From Eledone cirrhosa (taxonomy: Eukaryota), in NCBI GenBank assembly GCA_964016885.1, contig OZ024742.1, forward strand, positions 343,046,001 through 343,110,000: a DNA stretch of 64,000 bases, given 5' to 3'. The translations under genes were made by a program, and so were the position numbers. The notes beneath the pieces are model-generated. The model was given only the letters and a program-made list of their open reading frames with translations, did no database searches and was not told where the DNA came from. Below, piece after piece: positions 1 through 11,900 of the stretch; position 1 is the stretch's first letter, and every line of letters starts with the position of its first letter.

Positions 1-2800
1 TGAAGTATGTGATATCCTGTGGTATGAAGTATGTGATATCCTGTGGTATGAAGTATGTGATCTACAGTGGTATGAAGTATGTGATATCCTGTGGTATGAA
101 GTATGTGATCTCCAGTGGTATGAAGTATGTGATATCCTGTGGTATGAAGTATGTGATATCCTGTGGTATGAAGTATGTGATCTACAGTGGTATGATGTAT
201 GTAATCTCCAGTGGTATGAAGTATGTGATCTACAGTGGTATGAAGTATGTAATCTCCAGTAGTATGAAGTATGTGATCTCCAGTGGTATGAAGTATGTGA
301 TCTCCAGTGGTATGAAGTATGTGAACTCCAGTGGTATGAAGTATGTAATCTCCAGTGGTATGAAGTATGTGATTGTGGTATGAAGTATGTGATCTCCAGT
401 AGTATGAAGTATTTCAGCTCCAGTGGTATGAATTATGTCAGCTCCAGTGGTATGAAGTATGTGATCTACAGTGGTATGAAGTATGTGATCTCCAGTGGTA
501 TGAAGTATCTGATCTCCTGTGGTATGAAGTATGTGATCTACAGTGGTATGAAGTATGTGATATCCTGTGGTATAAAGTATGTGATCTCCAGTGGTAAGAA
601 GTATGTGATCTCCAGTGGTATGAAGTATGTCATCTCCAGTGGTATGAAGTATGTGATCTCCAGTGGTATGAAGTATGTGATCTCCAGTGGTATGAAGTAT
701 GTGATATCCAGTGGTATGAAGTATGTGATCTACAGTGGTATGAAGTATGTGATCTCCAGTGGTCTGAAGTATGTGATCTACAGTGGTATGAAGTATGTGA
801 TATCCTGTGGTATGAAGTATGTGATCTCCAGTGGTATGAAGTATGTGATCTCCAGTGGTATGAAGTATGTGATCTCCAGTGGTATGAAGTATGTTAGCTC
901 CAGTGGTATGAAGTATGTGATCTCCAGTGGTATGATGTATGTTATATCCTGTGGTATGAAGTATGTTATCTCCAGTGGTATGATGTATGTCAGCTCCAGT
1001 GGTATGAAGTATGTGATCTCCAGTGGTATGAAACATGTGATCTACAGTGGTATGAAGTATGTTAGCTCCAGTGGTATGAAGTATGTGATCTACAGTAGTA
1101 TGAAGTAAGTCAGCTCCAGTGGTATGAAGTATGTGATCTCCAGTGGTATGAAGTATGTCAGCTCCAGTGGTATGAAGTATGTGATCTACAGTGGTATGAA
1201 GTATGTGATCTACAGTGGTATGAAGTATGTGATCTACAGTGGTATGAAGTATGTCAGCTCCAGTGGTATGAAGTATATGATCTACAGTGGTATGAAGTAT
1301 GTGATCTACAGTGGTATGAAGTATGTGATCTACAGTGGTATGAAGTATGTCAGCTCCAGTGGTATGAAGTATGTGATCTACAGTGGTATGAAGTATGTAA
1401 TCTACAGTGGTATGAAGTATGTGATCTCCAGTGGTATGAAGTATGTGATCTCCTGTCGTATGAAATATGTCAGCTCCAGTGGTATGAAGTATGTGATCTC
1501 CAGTGGTATGAAGTATGTGATCTCCAGTGGTATGAAATTTGTGATCTACAGTGGTATGAAGTATGTGATCTCCAGTGGTATGAAGTATGTGATCTCCAGT
1601 GATATGAAATATGTGATCTCCAGTGGTATGAAGTATGTGATCTCCAGTGGTATGAAGTATGTCATATCCTGTGGTATGAAGTATGTGATCTCCAGTGGTA
1701 TGAAGTATGTCAGCTCCAGTGGTATGAAGTATGTGATCTCCAGTGGTATGAAGTATGTGATCTCCAGTGGTATGAAATATGTGATCTACAGTGGTATGAA
1801 GTATGTTAGCTCCAGTGGTATGAAGTATGTGATCTACAGTGGTATGAAGTATGTCAGCTCCAGTGGTATGAAGTATGTGATCTCTAGTGGTATGAAGTAT
1901 GTGATCTCCTGTGGTATGAAGTATGTGATCTACAGTGGTATGAAGTATTTGATCTACAGTGGTATGAAGTATGTGATCTACAGTGGTATGAAGTATGTGA
2001 TCTACAGTGGTATGAAGTATGTGATCTACAGTGGTATGAAGTATGTCAGCTCCAGTGGTATGAAGTATGTGATCTACAGTGGTATGAAGTATGTCAGCTC
2101 CAGTTGTATGAAGTATGTGATCTCCAGTGGTATGAAGTATGTGATCTTCAGTGGTATGAAGTATGTGATCTCCATTGGTATGAAGTATGTGATCTACAGT
2201 GGTATGAAGTATGTGATCTACAGTGGTATGAAGTATGTGATCTACAGTGGTATGAAGTATGTGATCTACAGTGGTATGAAGTATGTCAGCTCCAGTGGTA
2301 TGAAGTATGTGATCTACAGTGGTATGAAGTATGTGATCTACAGTGGTATGAATATGTGATCTACAGTGGTATGAAGTATGTGATCTCCAGTAGTATGAAG
2401 TATGTGATCTACAGTGGTATGAAGTATGTGATCTACGGTGGTATGAAGTATGTGATCTACAGTGGTATGAAGTATGTGATCTACAGTGGTATGAAGTATG
2501 TGATCTACAGTGGTATGCAATATGTGATCTACAGTGGTATGAAGTATGTGATCTACAGTGGTATGAAGTATGTGATCTACAGTGGTATGAAGTATGTCAG
2601 CTCCAGTGGTATGAAGTATGTTATCTACAGTGGTATGAAGTATGTGATCTACAGTGGTATGAAGTATGTGATATCCTGTGGTATGAAGTATGTGATCTCC
2701 TGTGGTATGAAGTATGTGATATCGTGTGGTATGAAGTATGTGATATCCAGTGGTATGAAGTATGTGATATCGTGTGGTATGAAGTATGTGATCTACAGTG
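1..2800. repeat. Partial third relative of the 9.5-kb unit (matches about 8610-11700)
   Basis: Shared ordered rare variants: 4-bp deletion ORF starts 380/8988, GGTAAGAAG about 593/9201, AAACATG 1036/9787, GATATCGTG about 2718/11613. Confidence 0.85.
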
Positions 2801-2889
2801 GTATGAAGTATGTGATATCCTGTGGTATGAAGTATGTGATATCCTGTGGTATGAAGTATGTGATCTCCAGTGGTATGAAGTATGTGATC

Positions 2890-5800
2890 TCCAGTGGTAC
2901 GAAGTATATGATCTACAGTGGTATGAAGTATGTGATATCCTGTGGTATGAAGTATGTGATCTACAGTGGTATGAAGTATGTGATCTCCAGTTGTATGAAG
3001 TATGTTATCTACAGTGGTATGAAGTATGTGATCTCCAGTGGTATGAAGTATGTGATAACCAGTGGTATGAAGTATGTGATATCCTGTGGTATGAAGTATG
3101 TGATCTACAGTGGTATGAAGTATGTGATCTCCAGTGGTATGAAGTATGTGATAACCTGTGGTATGAAGTATGTGATATCCTGTGGTATGAAGTATGTGAT
3201 CTACAGTGGTATGAAGTATGTGATCTCCAGTGGTATGAAGTATGTGATATCCTGTGGTATGAAGTATGTGATATCCAGTGGTATGAAGTATGTGATCTAC
3301 AGTGGTATGAAGTATGTGATCTACAGTGGTATGAAGTATGTGATCTCCAGTGGTATGAAGTATGTGATATCCTGTGGTATGAAGTATGTGATCTCCAGTG
3401 GTATGAAGTATGTGATCTACAGTGGTATGAAGTATGTAATCTCCAGTGGTATGATGTATGTGATCTCCAGTGGTATGAAGTATGTGATCTCCAGTGGTAT
3501 GAAGTATGTGATCTACAGTGGTATGAAGTATGTAATCTCCAGTGGTATGAAGTATGTGATCTACAGTGGTATGAAGTATGTGATCTACAGTGGTATGAAG
3601 TATGTGATCTACAGTGGTATGAAGTATGTGATCTCCAGTGGTATGAAGTATGTAATCTACAGTGGTATGAAGTATGTGATCTCCAGTGGTATGAAGTATG
3701 TGATCTCCTGTGGTATGAAATATGTCAGCTCCAGTGGTATGAAGTATGTGATCTCCAGTGGTATGAAGTATGTGATCTCCAGTTGTATGAAATATGTGAT
3801 CTACAGTGGTATGAAGTATGTGATCTCCAGTGGTATGAAGTATGTGATCTCCAGTGGTATGAAGTATGTTAGCTCCAGTGGTATGAAGTATGTGATCTAC
3901 AGTGGTATGAAGTATGTCAGCTCCAGTGGTATGAAGTATGTGATCTCCAGTGGTATGAAGTATGTGATCTCCTGTGGTATGAAGTATGTGATCTACAGTG
4001 GTATGAAGTATGTGATCTACAGTGGTATGAAGTATGTGATCTACAGTGGTATGAAGTATGTGATCTACAGTGGTATGAAGTATGTGATCTACAGTGGTAT
4101 GAAGTATGTGATCTCCAGTGGTATGAAGCATGTCAGCTCCAGTGGTATGAAGTATGTGATCTACAGTGGTATGAAGTATGTGATCTCCAGTGGTATGAAG
4201 TATGTGATCTCCAGTGGTATGAAGTATGTGATCTCCAGTGGTATGAAGTATGTGATCTCCATTGGTATGAAGTATGTGATCTACAGTGGTATGAAGTATG
4301 TCAGCTCCAGTGGTATGAAGTATGTGATCTACAGTGGTATGAAGTATGTGATCTACAGTGGTATGAAGTATGTGATCTACAGTGGTATGAAGTATGTCAG
4401 CTCCAGTGGTATGAAGTATATGATCTACAGTGGTATGAAGTATGTGATCTACAGTGGTACGAAGTATGTGATCTACAGTGGTATGAAGTATGTCAGCTCC
4501 AGTGGTATGAAGTATGTGATCTACAGTGGTATGAAGTATGTAATCTACAGTGGTATGAAGTATGTGATCTCCAGTGGTATGAAGTATGTGATCTCCTGTC
4601 GTATGAAATATGTCAGCTCCAGTGGTATGAAGTATGTGATCTCCAGTGGTATGAAGTATGTGATCTCCAGTGGTATGAAATTTGTGATCTACAATGGTAT
4701 GAAGTATGTGATCTCCAGTGGTATGAAGTATGTGATCTCCAGTGATATGAAATATGTGATCTCTAGTGGTATGAAGTATGTGATCTCCAGTGGTATGAAG
4801 TATGTCATATCCTGTGGTATGAAGTATGTGAGCTCCAGTGGTATGAAGTATGTCAGCTCCAGTGGTATGAAGTATGTGATCTCCAGTGCTATGAAGTATG
4901 TTAGCTCCAGTGGTATGAAGTATGTGATCTACAGTGGTATGAAGTATGTCAGCTCCAGTGGTATGAAGTATGTGATCTACAATGGTATGAAGTATGTGAT
5001 CTACAGTGGTATGAATATGTGATCTACAGTGGTATGAAGTATGTGATCTCCTGTGGTATGAAGTATGTGATCTACAGTGGTATGAAGTATGTGATCTACA
5101 GTGGTATGAAGTATGTGATCTACAGTGGTATGAAGTATGTGATCTACAGTGGTATGCAGTATGTGATCTACAGTGGTATGAAGTATGTGATCTACAGTGG
5201 TATGAAGTATCTGATCTACAGTGGTATGAAGTATGTCAGCTCCAGTGGTATGAAGTATGTGATCTACAGTGGTATGAAGTATGTGATCTACAGTGGTATG
5301 AAGTATGTGATATCCTGTGGTATGAAGTATGTGATCTCCTGTGGTATGAAGTATGTGATATCCTGTGGTATGAAGTATGTGATATCCAGTGGTATGAAGT
5401 ATGTGATCTACAGTGGTATGAAGTATGTGATCTACAGCGGTATGAAGTATGTGATATCCTGTGGTATGAAGTATGTGATCTCCTGTGGTATGAAGTATGT
5501 GATATCCTGTGGTATGAAGTATGTGATATCCTGTGGTATGAAGTATGTGATCTACAGTGGTATGAAGTATGTGATATCCTGTGGTATGAAGTATGTGATC
5601 TCCAGTGGTATGAAGTATGTGATATCCTGTGGTATGAAGTATGTGATATCCTGTGGTATGAAGTATGTGATCTACAGTGGTATGATGTATGTAATCTCCA
5701 GTGGTATGAAGTATGTGATCTACAGTGGTATGAAGTATGTAATCTCCAGTAGTATGAAGTATGTGATCTCCAGTGGTATGAAGTATGTGATCTCCAGTGG

Positions 5801-8800
5801 TATGAAGTATGTGAACTCCAGTGGTATGAAGTATGTGATCTCCAGTGGTATGAAGTATATGATCTACAGTGGTATGAAGTATGTGATATCCTGTGGTATG
5901 AAGTATGTGATCTACAGAGGTATGAAGTATGTGATCTCCAGTTGTATGAAGTATGTTATCTACAGTGGTATGAAGTATGTGATCTCCAGTGGTATGAAGT
6001 ATGTGATAACCAGTGGTATGAAGTATGTGATATCCTGTGGTTGAAGTATGTGATCTACAGTGGTATGAAGTATGTGATCTCCAGTGGTATGAAGTATGTG
6101 ATAACCTGTGGTATGAAGTATGTGATATCCTGTGGTATGAAGTATGTGATCTACAGTGGTATGAAGTATGTGATCTCCAGTGGTACGAAGTATGTGATAT
6201 CCTGTGGTATGAAGTATGTGATATCCAGTGGTATGAAGTATGTGATCTACAGTGGTATGAAGTATGTGATCTACAGTGGTATGAAGTATGTGATCTCCAG
6301 TGGTATGAAGTATGTGATCTCCAGTGGTATGAAGTATGTGATATCCTGTGGTATGAAGTATGTGATCTCCAGTGGTATGAAGTATGTGATCTACAGTGGT
6401 ATGAAGTATGTAATCTCCAGTGGTATGATGTATGTGATCTCCAGTGGTATGAAGTATGTGATCTCCAGTGGTATGAAGTATGTGATCTACAGTGGTATGA
6501 AGTATGTAATCTCCAGTGGTATGAAGTATGTGATCTACAGTGGTATGAAGTATGTGATCTACAGTGGTATGAAGTATGTGATCTACAGTGGTATGAAGTA
6601 TGTGATCTCCAGTGGTATGAAGTATGTAATCTACAGTGGTATGAAGTATGTGATCTCCAGTGGTATGAAGTATGTGATCTCCTGTGGTATGAAATATGTC
6701 AGCTCCAGTGGTATGAAGTATGTGATCTCCAGTGGTATGAAGTATGTGATCTCCAGTTGTATGAAATATGTGATCTACAGTGGTATGAAGTATGTGATCT
6801 CCAGTGGTATGAAGTATGTGATCTCCAGTGGTATGAAGTATGTGATCTCCAGTGGTATGAAGTATGTGATCTCCAGTGGTATGAAGTATGTGATATCCTG
6901 TGGTATGAAGTATGTCAGCTCCAGTGGTATGAAGTATGTGATCTCCAGTGGTATGAAATATGTGATCTACAGTGGTATGAAGTATGTTAGCTCCAGTGGT
7001 ATGAAGTATGTGATCTACAGTGGTATGAAGTATGTCAGCTCCAGTGGTATGAAGTATGTGATCTCCAGTGGTATGAAGTATGTGATCTCCTGTGGTATGA
7101 AGTATGTGATCTACAGTGGTATGAAGTATGTGATCTACAGTGGTATGAAGTATGTGATCTACAGTGGTATGAAGTATGTGATCTACAGTGGTATGAAGTA
7201 TGTGATCTACAGTGGTATGAAGTATGTGATCTCCAGTGGTATGAAGCATGTCAGCTCCAGTGGTATGAAGTATGTGATCTACAGTGGTATGAAGTATGTG
7301 ATCTCCAGTGGTATGAAGTATGTGATCTCCAGTGGTATGAAGTATGTGATCTCCAGTGGTATGAAGTATGTGATCTCCATTGGTATGAAGTATGTGATCT
7401 ACAGTGGTATGAAGTATGTCAGCTCCAGTGGTATGAAGTATGTGATCTACAGTGGTATGAAGTATGTGATCTACAGTGGTATGAAGTATGTGATCTACAG
7501 TGGTATGAAGTATGTCAGCTCCAGTGGTATGAAGTATATGATCTACAGTGGTATGAAGTATGTGATCTACAGTGGTATGAAGTATGTGATCTACAGTGGT
7601 ATGAAGTATGTCAGCTCCAGTGGTATGAAGTATGTGATCTACAGTGGTATGAAGTATGTAATCTACAGTGGTATGAAGTATGTGATCTCCAGTGGTATGA
7701 AGTATGTGATCTCCTGTCGTATGAAATATGTCAGCTCCAGTGGTATGAAGTATGTGATCTCCAGTGGTATGAAGTATGTGATCTCCAGTGGTATGAAATT
7801 TGTGATCTACAGTGGTATGAAGTATGTGATCTCCAGTGGTATGAAGTATGTGATCTCCAGTGATATGAAATATGTGATCTCTAGTGGTATGAAGTATGTG
7901 ATCTCCAGTGGTATGAAGTATGTCATATCCTGTGGTATGAAGTATGTGAGCTCCAGTGGTATGAAGTATGTCAGCTCCAGTGGTATGAAGTATGTGATCT
8001 CCAGTGGTATGAAGTATGTTAGCTCCAGTGGTATGAAGTATGTGATCTACAGTGGTATGAAGTATGTCAGCTCCAGTGGTATGAAGTATGTGATCTACAA
8101 TGGTATGAAGTATGTGATCTACAGTGGTATGAATATGTGATCTACAGTGGTATGAAGTATGTGATCTACTGTGGTATGAAGTATGTGATCTACAGTGGTA
8201 TGAAGTATGTGATCTACAGTGGTATGAAGTATGTGATCTACAGTGGTATGAAGTATGTGATCTACAGTGGTATGCAGTATGTGATCTACAGTGGTATGAA
8301 GTATGTGATCTACAGTGGTATGAAGTATCTGATCTACAGTGGTATGAAGTATGTCAGCTCCAGTGGTATGAAGTATGTGATCTACAGTGGTATGAAGTAT
8401 GTGATCTACAGTGGTATGAAGTATGTGATATCCTGTGGTATGAAGTATGTGATCTCCTGTGGTATGAAGTATGTGATATCCTGTGGTATGAAGTATGTGA
8501 TATCCAGTGGTATGAAGTATGTGATCTACAGTGGTATGAAGTATGTGATCTACAGTGGTATGAAGTATGTGATATCCTGTGGTATGAAGTATGTGATCTC
8601 CTGTGGTATGAAGTATGTGATATCCTGTGGTATGAAGTATGTGATATCCTGTGGTATGAAGTATGTGATCTACAGTGGTATGAAGTATGTGATATCCTGT
8701 GGTATGAAGTATGTGATCTCCAGTGGTATGAAGTATGTGATATCCTGTGGTATGAAGTATGTGATATCCTGTGGTATGAAGTATGTGATCTACAGTGGTA

Positions 8801-8945
8801 TGATGTATGTAATCTCCAGTGGTATGAAGTATGTGATCTACAGTGGTATGAAGTATGTAATCTCCAGTAGTATGAAGTATGTGATCTCCAGTGGTATGAA
8901 GTATGTGATCTCCAGTGGTATGAAGTATGTGAACTCCAGTGGTAT
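2890..8945. repeat. Tandem higher-order duplication, period about 2.95-3.12 kb (copies about 2890-5835 and 5840-8945)
   Basis: Rare variants recur in the same order: AGTATATG 2905/5856 (offset 2951); AAGCATG ORF starts 4131/7249, 1-bp deletion ORF starts 5019/8137 and GTGAAC 5811/8929 (all offset 3118). The offset difference of 167 equals 7 monomers minus the 1-bp deletion at 6041. Confidence 0.88.
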
Positions 8946-11900
8946 GAAGTATGTAATCTCCAGTGGTATGAAGTATGTGATTGTGGTATGAAGTATGTGA
9001 TCTCCAGTAGTATGAAGTATTTCAGCTCCAGTGGTATGAATTATGTCAGCTCCAGTGGTATGAAGTATGTGATCTACAGTGGTATGAAGTATGTGATCTC
9101 CAGTGGTATGAAGTATCTGATCTCCTGTGGTATGAAGTATGTGATCTACAGTGGTATGAAGTTTGTGATATCCTGTGGTATAAAGTATGTGATCTCCAGT
9201 GGTAAGAAGTATGTGATCTCCAGTGGTATGAAGTATGTCATCTCCAGTGGTATGAAGTATGTGATCTCCAGTGGTATGAAGTATATGATCTCCAGTGGTA
9301 TGAAGTATGTGATATCCAGTGGTATGAAGTATGTGATCTACAGTGGTATGAAGTATGTGATCTCCAGTGGTATGAAGTATGTGATATCCAGTGGTATGAA
9401 GTATGTGATCTACAGTGGTATGAATATGTCAGCTCCAGTGGTATGAAGTATGTGATCTCCTGTGGTATGAAGTATGTGATCTACAGTGGTATGAAGTATG
9501 TGATCTCCAGTGGTCTGAAGTATGTGATCTACAGTGGTATGAAGTATGTGATATCCTGTGGTATGAAGTATGTGATCTCCAGTGGTATGAAGTATGTGAT
9601 CTCCAGTGGTATGAAGTATGTGATCTCCAGTGGTATGAAGTATGTTAGCTCCAGTGGTATGAAGTATGTGATCTCCAGTGGTATGATGTATGTTATATCC
9701 TGTGGTATGAAGTATGTTATCTCCAGTGGTATGATGTATGTCAGCTCCAGTGGTATGAAGTATGTGATCTCCAGTGGTATGAAACATGTGATCTACAGTG
9801 GTATGAAGTATGTTAGCTCCAGTGGTATGAAGTATGTGATCTACAGTAGTATGAAGTATGTCAGCTCCAGTGGTATGAAGTATGTGATCTCCAGTGGTAT
9901 GAAGTATGTCAGCTCCAGTGGTATGAAGTATGTGATCTACAGTGGTATGAAGTATGTGATCTACAGTGGTATGAAGTATGTGATCTACAGTGGTATGAAG
10001 TATGTCAGCTCCAGTGGTATGAAGTATATGATCTACAGTGGTATGAAGTATGTGATCTACAGTGGTATGAAGTATGTGATCTACAGTGGTATGATGTATG
10101 TCAGCTCCAGTGGTATGAAGTATGTGATCTACAGTGGTATGAAGTATGTAATCTACAGTGGTATGAAGTATGTGATCTCCAGTGGTATGAAGTATGTGAT
10201 CTCCTGTCGTATGAAATATGTCAGCTCCAGTGGTATGAAGTATGTGATCGCCAGTGGTATGAAGTATGTGATCTCCAGTGGTATGAAATTTGTGATCTAC
10301 AGTGGTATGAAGTATGTGATCTCCAGTGGTATGAAGTATGTGATCTCCAGTGATATGAAATATGTGATCTCCAGTGGTATGAAGTATGTGATCTCCAGTG
10401 GTATGAAGTATGTCATATCCTGTGGTATGAAGTATGTGATCTCCAGTGGTATGAAGTATGTCAGCTCCAGTGGTATGAAGTATGTGATCTCCAGTGGTAT
10501 GAAGTATGTGATCTCCAGTGGTATGAAATATGTGATCTACAGTGGTATGAAGTATGTTAGCTCCAGTGGTATGAAGTATGTGATCTACAGTGGTATGAAG
10601 TATGTCAGCTCCAGTGGTATGAAGTATGTGATCTCTAGTGGTATGAAGTATGTGATCTCCTGTGGTATGAAGTATGTGATCTACAGTGGTATGAAGTATG
10701 TGATCTACAGTGGTATGAAGTATGTGATCTACAGTGGTATGAAGTATGTGATCTACAGTGGTATGAAGTATGTGATCTACAGTGGTATGAAGTATGTCAG
10801 CTCCAGTGGTATGAAGTATGTGATCTACAGTGGTATGAAGTATGTCAGCTCCAGTTGTATGAAGTATGTCAGCTCCAGTTGTATGAAGTATGTGATCTCC
10901 AGTGGTATGAAGTATGTGATCTTCAGTGGTATGAAGTATGTGATCTCCATTGGTATGAAGTGTGTGATCTACAGTGGTATGAAGTATGTGATCTACAGTG
11001 GTATGAAGTATGTGATCTACAGTGGTATGAAGTATGTGATCTACAGTGGTATGAAGTATGTCAGCTCCAGTGGTATGAAGTATGTGATCTACAGTGGTAT
11101 GAAGTATGTGATCTACAGTGGTATGAATTATGTTATCTACAGTGGTATGAAGTATGTCAGCTCCAGTGGTATGAAGTATGTGATCTACAGTGGTATGAAG
11201 TATGTGATCTACAGTGGTATGAAGTATGTCAGCTCCAGTGGTATGAAGTATGTGATCTACAGTGGTATGAAGTATGTGATCTACAGTGGTATGAATATGT
11301 GATCTACAGTGGTATGAAGTATGTGATCTCCAGTAGTATGAAGTATGTGATCTACAGTGGTATGAAGTTTGTGATCTACAGTGGTATGAAGTATGTGATC
11401 TACAGTGGTATGAAGTATGTGATCTACAGTGGTATGAAGTATGTGATCTACAGTGGTATAAAGTATGTGATCTACAGTGGTATGAAGTATGTCAGCTCCA
11501 GTGGTATGAAGTATGTGATCTACAGTGGTATGAAGTATGTGATCTACAGTGGTATGAAGTAAGTGATATCCTGTGGTATGAAGTATGTGATCTCCTGTGG
11601 TATGAAGTATGTGATATCGTGTGGTATGAAGTATGTGATATCCAGTGGTATGAAGTATGTGATATCGTGTGGTATGAAGTATGTGATCTACAGTGGTATG
11701 AAGTATGTGATATCCTGTGGTATGAAGTATGTGATATCCTGTGGTATGAAGTATGTGATCTACAGTGGTATGAAGTATGTGATATCCTGTGGTATGAAGT
11801 ATGTGATCTCCAGTGGTATGAAGTATGTGATATCCTGTGGTATGAAGTATGTGATCTACAGTGGTATGATGTATGTAATCTCCAGTGGTATGAAGTATGT

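Noticed and set aside
8130-8991. The -1 and -4 deletions as compensating or programmed frameshifts, or phase variation
   Set aside because: Together they remove 5 bp and do not restore frame. There is no slippery homopolymer and no gene context.
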